Notes under the pieces: generated by a model
Database searches by the model: none
What the model was told of the DNA's origin: nothing
Seen by the model: the letters and a program-made list of their open reading frames with translations, nothing else
Origin: Camelus dromedarius
Lineage: Eukaryota
DNA: 64,000 bases
Direction: 5' to 3'
NCBI RefSeq assembly: GCF_036321535.1
Contig: NC_087472.1
Coordinates: 92,072,001-92,136,000, forward strand
Program-made: the position numbers and the translations under genes
Shown here: positions 50,848 through 64,000 of the stretch, one piece after another
Layout of the letters: every line of letters starts with the position of its first letter
Numbering within the stretch: the stretch's first letter is position 1

Positions 50848-53307
50848 GGTGGACAAATACTCCAAGGAAACTGTCATTTTCACAGACAGGAAACCAAATT
50901 CTATGTTTGCATCTCTAAAATATTTGATTCTAAAAGAGCTACAGCTCTTTTCGAAAACTCATAAATAAATTGATCAAAACCAAGTCAGATTTGGCAAAAT
51001 AGTAACACAAATTTGTTCTCCTTTTCAGATTATCCTTCTGTGAATTTTCTTCAGATCTATTGATATGCTCAGTGTTGTCCTTCAACATGTTCTTTCTAAT
51101 TCTGTAACAAAAGTTATTTCACTTCAAGACAGAAGCCTTCTCTTTTTTCCTTTAATCAACCAAAACATGACTTATTATTTTGAAGCTCCTAATAGAGTCT
51201 CATCCCCATATATTAATTATAACTTTTACTCAAAGTCACTTGTATTTCACAGAGAAAACTAGAGGATGGATAACTGTGAAGAGTCTATCATTTTGGTGGA
51301 CTAGGAGAGCTTAAAATATGCACAATTTAGTTTTGTACAGATGCACAATTCCCTTATACAATTTCTCAACATAGCAGATGTGAACATGTTCAATGACAAA
51401 CTCAAAGATATAGCTTCTCTGTAGCATCTACAAGTAAGGAGCAAAAGTATATAAACTTAAAGTTATGCTGAACAATCAATATTTCAGTATTGTATCTTAC
51501 ATAGAAATTATCTAGGCATCCAACGGATATCTACCAGTTAACTCAGTATAAGGGCTAGCTGAAAATTTTGGAAATTCTCTTCAAGCTGACATATTCCTAA
51601 ACTTAATTACTATGGAAATTTAAACATCTGTCAGAATAATGGTCAACTTGGTCAAACATACAGGTATGTTTTACACAATGTTAAACAATAACTAGAAGAA
51701 AAGCTAATATATATGATCAGTCAACCCACATACATTTAGGAAAAACATACCTATGTAGAAAAAAAAAGTATGATTGTATGACACTTGATACTTAACACTG
51801 ACACATCAGACAAGATATAGATGCTTTTATTAAACACTAAAGATTAAATTTGTCTTTTTTGTCAACCATTTACCAAAGTTATGTGAATTTGAATTCTTGT
51901 AATGCTTCTGTGTTTATTGGAATGTATTTTCCAATACATTTAAAGAATCAGTAATTAAATTTCCTTATTTTCAGAGAATTTTAGGAAAATTCAATTTATA
52001 TAAACAGGTACTTTGATATGCCAATCAGAATAGAGCTCCTCTAATTTAAGAGACTTTATAAGCTAATCCATTAATATCATCTGGAGGTAGGAAAACATTA
52101 TATACTGATATAATCAGAGGTGAAAGTATTTCTGAATTATAGACATATAGACATACAGGCACAGAAAAATAGACCTTCTAGCTTCAATGATATAATTTCA
52201 GCTACAGGGCAAGAGTCAACAAAGAAACAGAAAAACTGCCTGGTCCAGATGAAAGAGCTGCTCTCCTCCTAGGTAGTATGACATTCTTCATTGATTTGAG
52301 CTCAAAAATAGACAAACAAAAAGACAAATAAACCAGATTCTCTGTTGTCTCTCACTCAACAGAGATTAGATTTCTGCAGACCATTAATCCATTTAGAGGG
52401 ATCTCCAAACTGTCAGACCTTAAAATAAAATTCCCAACCATTGCTGCCAACAATGGGTAATAACTTATTGGCTGTAAATGAACCAAAACAGAACAGAAAC
52501 ACAAAATTAGTAGAGAGGAAAATTAAAACCAGAAAAACAGAGAGTCAACAATGTTCTCTTGGTGCTTTGGATTCACCCATGGAGAGCCAAAGAAAGCACA
52601 TCTGGGCTTCAACTGCACATGAAGTACATATATCTGTCATGGAAGTTTACCTGGCTCTGTCAGGTGAATCTATTGAACATCTTGTTGCAATTTCCAAAAC
52701 AGTTAAAAGATATCTTTCAAACAGAATAAAGTCATGACGCTAATACAGATATGAAATAAACACATGTTAAAAGATTCTAATTTAACTCGTGAATGAATGG
52801 GCAGGTGTTATAACTGGTTCAAAACAGGATCCAAAGAATAGACACTAGAGTATTGATCAAGAGTCTTGAAATGATTATGTAAATTGAGGTAAAACTGGTT
52901 TTATTATAATGTTAGGGGGAAGAAAATTGTTCTTAATTATTCATGAATAGGCTTATTTATAAACGTACATCATTGTAAACACTATTATCGACCTCATTCT
53001 CAGATGAAACACCTAATCTAAGAATCACATATTTGATAGAGCATGACAGAATCATCAATGACTGAATATTTGTTTTGAGAGGCGTAGTATATTCTACAGA
53101 AATTGCCCCAAGTGATGGACTCAAAAGAACATGCAATTCCTATAAATACTCTCATGCAATGTGTTTAATTAAAAGAAAAACAAATGTAACCTGAAGCACT
53201 GCATAAAACTTACCCTTCCCTGAGAGTGTCAACATTTGAGGTTTTCTCCAATGTTCATCAGATGCTTCAGGGTCACCCTGCACTGCCTCATGACTTGTCA
53301 TAAAGGA

Positions 53308-53420
53308 CTGATCAGAAGACCTGGATTTGCATCCCAGTTCACCACTTTCTGGCCAAGGGATCTTGGACATTCATCTGTTCCCTCTCAGCAGCAGTTTCTT
53401 CATGTGTAAAATACAGATGA
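53308..53420 (+). mobile_element. MIR SINE
   Basis: TCAGAAGACCTGGATTTGCATCCCAGTTCACCACTT...CAGTTTCTTCATGTGTAAAA. Confidence 0.65.
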
Positions 53421-54964
53421 GTTCCTCCATCTTCTGGTTTCCCCCCAAATTCCATTTGTAACCATACAGTGGCATGTAACACAGTGCCTGATACAGGGTA
53501 TGCCCTTAATAAATAGCCACATATATCTCCCTGCCTATAGACCAGATGCTTAGACATGTTTCCTTGAGGTGCCACTGGGCCTGGTTCTCATGTGATTGCT
53601 TGATCCTTGGGCCACAGGCTATAAAAACCATGGCCTTCTAAACCTTGTGGGGAGACAGAGAGTGCCATGCAGAGGAAGAAGCCAGGAGTACATCCACAAA
53701 CCAGTTCTCACCCTAGTTTCCTCTCTCCCCCTTCTGCCTGGTGACTCCCCTTCTTTCTGCCTCTACCATCTGTCTAACAGAAGGACCCAGCCTGGCCTTT
53801 GGCTAATTCACAGGAGTGTATCAAGAATAAAAGAAATAGTGTTGGTGTTGTATTTTGAGCTCTTCAGAATATGCGCTTGTATAAATCCAAGAAACTTTTT
53901 TGCCATGTAATGCCTATTAAACTTTATATATACAGAAACTTCATTGTCAACATGCTCAGCCCACAAATATGTGACTTGCTGTAGAAAGCCATGAAGCCCT
54001 CCTCCTTTTAGCTAAGCTCTACTCTGACTCTACTGTTCATCTGAGTAGCAAGCAGGCCTCTTCCCAGCAACTATGGGTGGAGAGTCACCTTTAGCTAATC
54101 AAGAGTAGGAACAACATTGCCACTTCCCCTTCTCTCTCCCAACTCAAAGTAAAAGTAACTGTTTGTCCAGGCCACTGGTTTATCACAGCGCAACATCCTT
54201 CAGCCTACATGAGGCCTCTAGGGTTTGTGATGCCAGAGAACTAATCATTTTACTAAGACCTTGCTGTGTTAAACAGCTGCCTGATTTTTAAAACCTATTT
54301 TGGTTTATGGCTGTGGATTCTAATAGCACAGAACATACTCTCTAGGATATTTCACAGGAAAGCACATTAGAGGAATTCATTAAGAGCAGGAGAAGCCACA
54401 GTAGGTGGGTAAACCATGTTGGATTAGCAATTTTGTGTGGTCAGGTCGTCAGAGCCTACAGTCCATATGGGAGCCAACTGGCAGTGGTCACTGTAACACC
54501 TGCAGGGAGCCAAGCTTCCTGGGCTCTTTCAGATTCTCTGATATCCAAGGTAAAGTCCAGAGGTTGAGCTTCAATGAACCATGTTGACAAGCCCTCTGCA
54601 GTCAACAGACGTGGGACAATCAGGCAGAGGAACACGGCCATCCTTTTAAGAATCAGGCATCAATTGTGCTTGTAGATTCCACAGGAAACATGGGAACCAT
54701 GGCCAGCACCTTGCCAAATCCCCTTCCTACAAGTACACAGGAACCCCCTACTCAGGGGAAGACGGCAGGCAGAGGGGGAGAATCACTCCTCTTGGGAAAA
54801 TATTAGCCCATTCAAGTTTAGACCTTTTTGTGCATTTCTAAAAGGTGGGCAATTTCTTTATATGTAATAGATGCGTCATTGGATTTAATGAACTAGCCTC
54901 ATAGAACTTCATTCTGTTTCTCATATAAGCTTAATAGTAGCAGCCAGAGTTACTTTTCCTCCAA

Positions 54965-55175
54965 TTTATTGAAAGCCTCTTAGGACAGGTACTCTACTGG
55001 CCATTTAATATATGTAATTTTATTTCATCCTAAGAGCTAAACCACAACACTGCAGCTTAGGAAACTGAATCAAAGAGATTAAGTAACTTTCCCAAGACCA
55101 CATAGCTAATAAGCCGCAGTATATTCAGGACTATAACAAAGGCTTGTCTGACTGAAAACACTCTGCTCTTTCAAC
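54965..55175 (-). mobile_element. MIR SINE
   Basis: GGAAACTGAATCAAAGAGATTAAGTAACTTTCCCAAGACCACATAGCTAATAAG. Confidence 0.75.
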
Positions 55176-55396
55176 CTCATTATAATGAACTTTGTATTGT
55201 CACGCTATATAACTTTTTATACTGAAAAATCAGGACTAAGACAAAGAGAATGTCTGAAAATTGGACTGCCGTGGAAAATACACTCAATTAAAAGCTTCAT
55301 GAAATCAGGGACATGGCTTGTTGAAGTCACTCCTTTATCCCTGACACCTAGAGCAGCAAATGACACAGAAGCTAAGAGAGAATTACTTTACTAGAC

Positions 55397-55556
55397 CAGT
55401 GCTTCTCAAACTTTAATGTTCTTCCAAATCACTTGAAGATCTTGTTATAATGCAGATTCTGATTGAGTATGGGTGGGCCTAAGATTCTGCATTCTTATGA
55501 AGCCTGCAGATGAAGTCCAGGCTGCTGATTCAAGGACCATACTTTGAGTGGCAGGG
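55397..55556. mobile_element. MER5A-like hAT-Charlie fossil
   Basis: CAGTGCTTCTCAAACTTTAATG...AATGCAGATTCTGATT...GGACCATACTTTGAGTGGCAGG. Confidence 0.85.
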
Positions 55557-56227
55557 ATGGACTATACCAGGTAGTATAAATGATTCTCAGGGGATCTCTC
55601 CTTTAGGATCTGGAGCACAGGCACTGTGGCTTCCTCTGAACAATGTTGAATGCAAGCAGCATAAATGATAAGAAATGATGTCACTGATAAACATATACAA
55701 GCATTCTACTGAATTATTTATGTTTCATGTCAGCTGGTGCCTGGTGTTTAACATAACTCACCGGATACCAGCAACTTCTGACCATCTGCCAGAGCTTCAT
55801 CTAGATGATCTCCAGGCACTTACCACTAGGGAAAAGTGACAGAGGCCAAGTCTATGTTTATTGCTTTCCCAATTCTATCCTTATTCTTCTTTTCCACTCC
55901 TCTTCCATCCCAATGTGACTACCCCTCAGAATGTGTTGTCTACTAAGAAATCACATGCTACAAAGTTATACTCCCTCTTTTAATTGCACCCTTCATATAA
56001 AAGGTGGATGGTGACGAGGTGCTGAGGATGTTAAATAACGCAAGCTTTCATGCACAGATTTTAGACTATTTAAGTAGTTAAGATATATCACTATAAGTTG
56101 CATATAACTCATAGTTTCCATCCATTCTCAGTACTGTGGCACTCCATATTACATATAAATAAGACCATATTCCTAGCTACCTGGTTCATTGTAATTTTAG
56201 TTCATTCAAAGAAATCCTTATCCATTA

Positions 56228-56348
56228 TACAGTAAATTCATAGGGGCAGAGGCCTTCTCTGTTGTTGCTTACCACTGAATTTCCAGTGCCAAGCACAGTG
56301 GCTGACACATAAGAGGTGCTCAACAAATACTTACTGCATGAATGAATG
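56228..56348 (+). mobile_element. L2 3' end
   Basis: CCAAGCACAGTGGCTGACACATAAGAGGTGCTCAACAAATACTTACTGCATGAATGAATG. Confidence 0.8.
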
Positions 56349-57159
56349 TGTGCATATTAAAAGAGAAGCATGTTCATGCTAGTAGACCTCTGGGGTGGTA
56401 TTTCTTAAACTGAGTTTTAAGAGCTCACAGGAGAAATTAAAAAAAAAACATTATTTTCATTTGCAGATAATCCCAAAATATTAACTACTATGTAATTAAG
56501 CACTGTCACAAGATTTTAGTGCTGGAGATGTATCTGTGCTTATGATTGAGTCAGAGCAAAATAGTAGCATGGAGTGGATAAAACAAAACAAAAGGTTCAT
56601 AAATGAAGTGTCTGCAGTAGTTTGATGGATGGAGAAATGCAGAGAAAGAATGGAGCTATAATGTGCCATTCAGTGGTGTATGCATGCAGGACCCAAGGAT
56701 GCTGTTGCAATTGGCAGAATGTGGACAGCTGATATTTTTAAGCAGAGGCCCATTGGTATCATTTACCCATTTGGAACACTGGGCACCTTATCTTGCATTT
56801 GGTATCAGTTTTTCCAGGGAAGAGCAATAGCAAAAGTGCGAGCAGCCCAGTGATTTCTTTCTTCAGAACCATGATTATAAAAATCAAAGTTTTTCCAAAT
56901 ACCATTTTTCAGGAAGGAGAGAAAGTTGGGACTGGGACTACAAAGAATTCTCTCACATTCCTTTTGCTCCATTACTTTTGAAACTGGGACTCAAGATGTG
57001 AGTTTGAATGACATATGAAAGAATAACTAAGTAAAGTTCTCTTTGTTGCCTTAAAATTCAAGTGGCACCTCTCACTAGTGTCAGCTCCACATAAGACCTT
57101 GTGAAGTCCATGGCTAATTAGACCTGCAGACTAAATTACATGGTTTCAAATTTCAGGGT

Positions 57160-57703
57160 GTTATTTAGAAATACGTCTTCCATGTAACTTGGGGTTGGCC
57201 CAGTTTCATTTTTAGGATGACATAATGCTGTTCAGTTAACAAGTAAACATTGAAAACTGATATCAACATATTTTCCTGCAGTAAGCAATTATAGGAGGGT
57301 GTATACTTCCCTGGTTTTGTTCTAAAAATGCTGGAACCAGATAGATATAACTTAACTACGTGTTCCAAGAAATACATGTTCTTGAACAAAAAGACTACAA
57401 AGCAGCCGAATGCTTTATTGAAAAAGACTAACACTCATTAATGATCTTATAAAGATCCATGAACTGTGTGTCTACTCATCCAAAACTACTATGACATAAA
57501 CTCAGCCCAACGCCAATCATTTCCCCGTTTTGGAAGACCCACTTTAAAATTATCCAGCCTGGCTTGAAACCCTGAAAATATGCCCTTTAGACACACTTCC
57601 AAAACTTCATCCAGATGGTGCTCTCCCTTTATTACAGTAGGTCTAATAAACTTAGCTTTGCTCAATCAACAGGTTATTCTGCTGTCGTTAGGAGGAGTTT
57701 ACA
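57160..57703 (+). mobile_element. Probable ERV1-class solo LTR (MER34/MER39-like); 5' boundary uncertain
   Basis: U5-like end AATAAA(57645-57650)CTTAGCTTTGCTCAATCAACAGGTTATTCTG...TTACA. CCAATC motif near 57513. Confidence 0.55.
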
Positions 57704-58829
57704 GTCAATACCATTAAACAGTCATAACTGCTCTAACCTCTATGAGAGGCTACAAAGGAGAAAGAGGTATATTTCCTATACTTAAGAACTTCATTCCCAT
57801 GACAAAACGTGCAAGTGCCAAAATAATTCAAAGATAAGAAATGTCAGTGTTAACTACAGGATTCCAGGGAAGGTTTCAAAAGGACTTGTCCTTAGCTTTG
57901 AGGTTCCAGCAAGATGAGTTTACGAGTTCAAACACATTTTTCAAAGTATCCACAATAACAGAGTCCAGGACACAACTGAGTCTCACTTTTTCCCTCTGCA
58001 AACTCTGTTGACATTTTGTCTCAGCAGGGACCTGGGAGGTATGGCAGTAAGATGGAAAAAGCCTATTGGTTAGTCAGGAGAGCTGGATTTCATTTCCAGC
58101 TGTTTCACTAATTTATAATCCAACTTCTTAGAAGACATTTGACATATCTGAGTTGTACTCATTAACCTGACAAATGTGGGAGTTGTATATAATACATTAT
58201 CTCTAAAATCATTTTCAGTGTCAACAGTTTAGGATTCTAGCTCACATCCCTCACTTAAATGAAAAATATTTGTAGATTTCCTTTTGCATCAGCACAAGCA
58301 AAACCTAAAAACAATAAAAGAGTTTTAAAGTCTGTATTGTGCCAGCACCTTTGCTCTGTATGCATTTACAGATGCATATCTGCGTGATATATACAATTCA
58401 TATAAATGCTAAAAGAATACGTGACATAATGTATGTGGAGAAAGCTATACTGCGGACCTGCTCTCCTTGCTCAGGGGAAATCATCTCATTTAACCTATTG
58501 TGGACTATATTGAAAAGGAAAATGTTTTATTTCCATAATATAAAGTTATTTCAGACTTCGATTAAGACAAAACGAGTCATGTGAATTCCATAAATTGATG
58601 AAGGATGCTCAAATTCACAAACAGAATGGAGAATTCAATAGTAAAGGAAAATGGAATTGCTTGTCATCTTTTATAAGTCAGTAACACATACATGCATGTT
58701 GTTTCCTGTCTTCACATCTTATATATTGAGACATCTAGTTTTCTGCATTCAAACTGACAAATGGAAAATTTACCATCAGAACCATCTACCTAAAACACAC
58801 CATGCTTAAAAATCTGTTATGGGTCCAAG

Positions 58830-59005
58830 GAGGAGAAAAGACATGTGGCACTGACCTAGATCCAACCTACATCTTGGAGTCCAGTGCAGCTGAGCCTTGT
58901 CTAGATGAGTCAACCCCCAGCAGATCCACAGATGCATGAGAGAGTCAGGGATTGCTGTTTGAAGTCACTGAGTTTTCAGATGGTTTATTATGCAGTAGTA
59001 ATGGG
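58830..59005 (+). mobile_element. MaLR LTR 3' fragment (old MLT1)
   Basis: CAGATCCACAGATGCATGAG...TTGCTGTTTGAAGTCACTGAGTTTT..GGTTTATTATGCAGTA. Confidence 0.7.
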
Positions 59006-60184
59006 GAAGGAGTTAAGTAAGAGATCAAGGAAAGACTATAAAAGAATAAAAAGAAATAGTTCTTCTGTCTGAGGCAGTGGCACAGGTTTGGGCTGGTAAC
59101 TTGTGCCCAAGTTTGAGGGAGGAGAAAAAAGAAGATTAAAAATAATTTATTTAATTAATTACTTAAAAATACATTTTAAGTAATAATGATAATTAATAAT
59201 AAATCAATAAAAAGTACTAGTATAAGTGGTATTGGATATTTCTAAATTAATATTAGATAATTTTAATTCAGGAAAATATGCTTCTTTAAAAGTACCTGGA
59301 ATAACAGATATCATAGCGAAAAGAAAGATTTTCTGGGGCAAAACATCATAAAGGAAAAAGGAGAGACCACCTTCCTATAGTAAAATCACTGTGAATACTA
59401 AATCAAGGAAGGAAAAAAAGTCTACCTTTATCTGATTTTATTTCACAGTCTTGTGGCCTATATAAAATGGTTATACAAGAGCAAAGCATTTTAAATTATA
59501 TTCATGAGAGCAAATCTATAACTAAAAAAAAAACTCTATAAACTTTGGAGAAGAAGAATTGTATACAGATTTAATAAACAAATACAGAAAATGGCTAAAT
59601 GCCATTGTATCTTTTATATTCCCAAAAATTTTTCTCAGATTCTCTTAAGATGTTACATAGACTTTGGTCTCAGCTCAGAGTTACTTTGGTTCTGAAACTG
59701 AGTAATCTGCTTTAGAGTTGAGAATAGAGGAACATCCTTTTGAACTTTCAGCTACATATATTATTTATACATTTTATTAGCATTCTAAAAGTTCATGAAG
59801 GAGTCAACTAAGAAATAGAATATCTAATTGATCATTTGAGTCCTTAATTAATAAGTTTTAAAGTACGCCCTGCTCCTGGGAGAAAATGGTTATAGAGAAA
59901 AAAAAAAGCAATTTCAGAAAGGAAATACAGTCCAGAGTCTGTTGTAAGAGAATACACAGATAAGACCCTGTGCTCCTTTGTTGCCTCCTGCTTTCCTATT
60001 TCAGTTAATCAAAGTTCAGTTCTCATAATAACTGAGCCCTCAGCTTCCACTTAAATCCTCCTGTCCCTTACCAGGCACATCTAATCATTCACCAAATCCT
60101 ATCTCTAATATGCCTTGTATATGCCCCACACCATCACCTTCACTCTGACCTCAATTCTTCCGACCAGCACTATTTCAATAGGCT

Positions 60185-60640
60185 ATTTAGTGCAAGATTA
60201 CAAAAAATAGCTAGAATACTTTGCATCAACTTCCATCAAAGGTGGAGACCATTTCCCTATCTCTTGGATATGAGCTGGTCACATGATCACCTTAGACCAA
60301 AAGAATGTGGTGTTGGCCAGAGCCTTGACCACAAGAGGTTTCACTTCTCCACTCCTGGAAACCGCTACCATTGTGTAAAAACGCCCAGGGTAACCTGCTA
60401 TGTAACAAGAGACACATGGCTTAGGTATCCCTATCACCTAGCTAGCCAACCCCAAAACAAAGAGCTGGCCTGATGATGAACAAATGACACAGATGCACAT
60501 GTGAGCCCAGAAAAACAACCATCTAGTCGAACACAGGACAAACTGCCAACTCAAAGTATAATGAACCAAAAACAAAATAGTTGTTTTAAGCTACAAAATG
60601 GGTGTTTGTTCTGAGGTAGTCTGCTACACAGTAAACTCCA
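60185..60640 (+). mobile_element. MaLR LTR (MLT1G-like)
   Basis: TTCCATCAAAGGTGGAGACCATTTCCC...GACCAAAAGAATGTGG...TTGTTTTAAGCTAC. Confidence 0.7.
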
Positions 60641-60974
60641 AACTTAAGCTACTAATTCATCCACTCCTGTAGGAATGTCACTTCCAATCTGTTGGGAGTA
60701 TCAGGAAACTGGAGGTGTAAGAATCTAAAAGAGGAAGAAATTGCAGGATATGAAGATATCAAGAAATTCTTGGAGTGGGGACAAGGTGATAGAAAAATAA
60801 AAAAATTGAAAAACACTAAGTTGTTTCTCAGAAACTTTTGCTGTCCATCTCCTGAGCTCTTGCCTGTTCGTCCCTTCCTCTCCCTAGACTGGAGATCAAC
60901 TGCCTACTGTAAAGACAAGTGAACTCTGGTATTTCTGTGCTCATTATCACAATGAGCACAACTGTGGAGTATCT

Positions 60975-61140
60975 TTTTGTAATGTGCCCAAAGTAAGGCT
61001 AAGTGCTGAATGCTTATGGCTTCATTTAATCCTCACAACAATTTTAAGAGATAGGTATAATTATCATCTTCATTTTATTAATAAGAAAACTGAAGCATAG
61101 AGAAGTCACTCGCTCAAGCTCATACAGTAAAGGGCAGAAA
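60975..61140 (-). mobile_element. MIR SINE
   Basis: CATTTAATCCTCACAACAA...CATTTTATTAATAAGAAAACTGAAGCATAGAGAAGT. Confidence 0.8.
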
Positions 61141-61352
61141 AGTGCTTTAACCTCATGGGATTTGCTTGGTCCTCTTAATCAACCTGTCCCCCTTCCTTCA
61201 ACACTTGGTTGGAGTTTCGTAGACAAAATCTTTGCTTTCCAGGTCCCACAGACTCCACCATTCCCAATTTTTCTCACATGGCTTCTTAATATGCAAATAT
61301 TTGTCCTCTGTAGGCATCTGACATCTCCCGCATTCCTCATCTTTGTTTAAGA

Positions 61353-61500
61353 CAGTGGTTCTGGGACCTTTAAATATACTGATGACTGCATTCCACTTCC
61401 AGAGAATCAGATTTGATTGGTTTGGAGTATGGCCTGGACATCAGGATTTTTAAAAGATACCCAGGTGATTCTAATGTACAGACATGGCTGAGAATAACTG
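61353..61500. mobile_element. MER5A1-like hAT-Charlie fossil
   Basis: Imperfect terminal inverted repeats CAGTGGTTCT / AGAATAACTG; CCCAGGTGATTCTAATGTACAG. Confidence 0.8.
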
Positions 61501-63134
61501 GTACAAAGTGATGAGAGAGTATTCATTTCCCCCCTACTCTCTTACCTCTTCTGAAGAAAGGTTCTAATGAAAAGTACCTTATAAATCAAAAACCAAGTCA
61601 GGTTATAGCAGAACCAACAATACTTAGAGGTAGTAAAACAGACTACCTTTCTGACTTGATTTTAAGATCCTGTCTGAAAAATGCCTTTCTCATAAGCCAC
61701 ACTGCCTGAAATTCTACCTTGGAAAAAATTCAGGCTTCTACCACTGTATTTTCCCACCATCAGCTTTTAAAATACAAATACACTCCCCCAACACTCAGTG
61801 AGGATAAACTTGCTCATGGAATTCTTACAGCTATGTTTCTTCATTTTCCAGATCACTTCCCTTAAGACAGTGACAAATTCAGAATGGGGTACTGAGGGAG
61901 TAGGAAGTCCAATTGTTAGAGAAAGGAAGACATGCTTTTGGATCATGGGTCACTATTCTTGGGAGTGGTGGCTAAGCTAGGGAACAGAGGAATGAAGTTT
62001 GAGGACTTCTGAAAGCGTGTGTGGGAGAGGGGAGGTGAGGAGTGGAGCTAGCGGCCTGGGGTGAGGTATAGTAGTACACAGACCACTGTCAAGAATTGCT
62101 TTTACTTCCACCTAGAGTCTGATAACAGTACTTTTCCCTTTTCCCCTTTTTTTCATAACATCTATTTGTTCACTCATTTATGCAAAGTGCATGAAGTATC
62201 TGCAGTATAAAAAATACTATTGAAAATACAAACATGTCAAAGATATATGCCCTCAAGGAATATAAAATCTTAAACAACATCCAATAAAAAAGAGAAAATA
62301 AAATGAATCTCATTCAGTTTTCTTAAATTTAAGAGCCTAAATTAAATGCATAACTTTGGTTGGCCTGAACTACTGTCTAATAACCTTTTATAATTCATAG
62401 TACATTTCTACTTCACTGGTAATTTGAAGCCCTGAAATGGAAACTGAATCACTGACAAACACTTCTCATTTTTAACTAAAGCAATGCCCTAGAAGTTGAA
62501 GAATTTACTGAAGTTTATTTGTAACCAACAAAGTCTTTATGAAATATAAATCAATATTAGAAACCAAAATTAAATTCAAAACCCCAGAAACTTAACCTAG
62601 ACTAATGGAAGGCTTGACAACTTCAGCAGAACAACAAAGGGATTTTTTTTCTTTCATCTCAGGTATATATGAAACTAATTCTGGTAAAGAGAGTGAAAGT
62701 ATTGATTTTCACTTGTTTGGTAAGACCTAATATAATCTCTGACCTTCTAGAAAGACTCACTACTTTACAGTCAAGGCAACAGTGACAACAGTGATAGCAT
62801 GTTGAAAAAAAATGAACAGTTCCAAAAGAATTATCATGTGGTACTAAGAAGCTAAATGTCTTGATAATTGTTAAGGATCATAGAGGACCAATAAAACTTT
62901 GAAAAACGTGGATGATTATAACAAACTGTCCCAGGGGTTCCTTAAAATCTGAATTAACCTAAAAGACCTCCCCTTCCAGTCTATTGCCACCTCTGAAACT
63001 CCTAGTTACTTGCTACATTGATGGTCTTCTGAAGAAATGAACATTTAAATTGCAGTAAGGCACTATGCAGAATGAGAGGAATAAACCATTCGAATTATAC
63101 AGTCATAGAAAGCTGGAATTAGAGAATAATCTAA

Positions 63135-63300
63135 AGAGTGGCTTGTCCAGCTGTGTGCCCACATATCATGGGTAGAAGGAGTTAAAAATGCAGATAACAG
63201 GGCCCCACCCCAAAGATTCTGATTTAATTGTTCTAGGGTAGGACATGAGAATCTGTACTTCAGGTGCTGTTGAGGGTTAAGTCCACACTTGGAGAAACCC
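63135..63300. mobile_element. MER5-like hAT-Charlie fossil
   Basis: GGGCCCCACCCCAAAGATTCTGATTTAATTG...CCACACTTGGAGAAACC. Confidence 0.7.
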
Positions 63301-64000
63301 TTCTCTAGTCTTTCCATTTTATAAATGATGACATAAAGGATGACAATGAAGTTGCATATTTGGAGAGTAGAGAAATATCACTGTAATGCCTTTCAGGGGT
63401 TCTTCTTAAATTCAAATGTTCAGACTCTTAACACTATGATAGCCACACTTGCCATGAGTCTACTCAGAAGATACAGGTCAGATGATAGAGGTCCTCTCCA
63501 TAAGAGTCCTTGCAGCAGTTCATGTAGGTGAAAGTTCATATAGCCCTCTGGGAATGATCCTCTCCCAGATTACATAGTTCAGGTTCAAGGAAACAGTTCT
63601 ACATCAGGCAGTTAGATAACTTCCCTAGATTAGAAGTCTCACTCCTCACAGATGCTGCTGTTGGGATCAACCAACTCACATAGCTTCCAAAGTCTTCCAA
63701 AAGGCATGCCCCCTATCAAAAGTCCCCACACCCAGAGAAGACCCAAACTATGAATCTCACATAAATATGGTTTTTCCAGCCTACGTGCATTTTACCCAAG
63801 AGGAGTCATTTTTACATATTAAAATCGCTGACACATATCCTCTTACCTTGTTTCTAAGATAGCAGTAAAGCTACGAGGTTAGCCATAAGTCAATTTCTCT
63901 TACAACATGGTTTTGTTAACACTTACACCACAGTCATAAACATAATTCCCCAAATGATATTTTTACCTACCTAAATGGCTATTGCTGATATCATCTCACT

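Noticed and set aside
53208..53310. Strong minus-strand donor AGG|GTAAGT
   Set aside because: No convincing upstream acceptor; the region runs into a MIR.
1..64000. CRISPR arrays, operons, tRNA/rRNA genes, CpG-island promoter or a novel multi-gene system
   Set aside because: The DNA is mammalian and repeat-rich with CpG depletion. I saw no regularly spaced repeats, no structural RNA signatures and no long non-TE ORFs.

Overview
AT-rich, CpG-depleted mammalian (eutherian) genomic DNA that looks intronic or intergenic. There is no CpG island, RNA gene, CRISPR array or recognisable host coding exon. The window is dominated by interspersed repeats: at least 11 5'-truncated LINE-1 copies of relatively recent subfamilies, older L1M/HAL1-like relics, L2, MIR, MaLR (MLT1) LTRs, a probable ERV LTR and hAT DNA-transposon fossils. 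The L1 3' UTR type and the apparent absence of Alu, B1/B2, Bov-B/Bov-A, PRE-1 and Can-SINE suggest a camelid (inference from recall, not a database search). The only long ORF (15576-16724) is the ORF2 C-terminus of a young L1 fused in frame to flanking DNA. The main structural points are two twin-priming inverted L1s, several clean target-site duplications (TSDs), multi-layer nested insertions, clustered L1 truncation points, a few candidate exons and several motif-dense candidate enhancers. I did not find a convincing novel biological system. Repeat family names come from recalled consensus sequences and boundaries of old elements are approximate.
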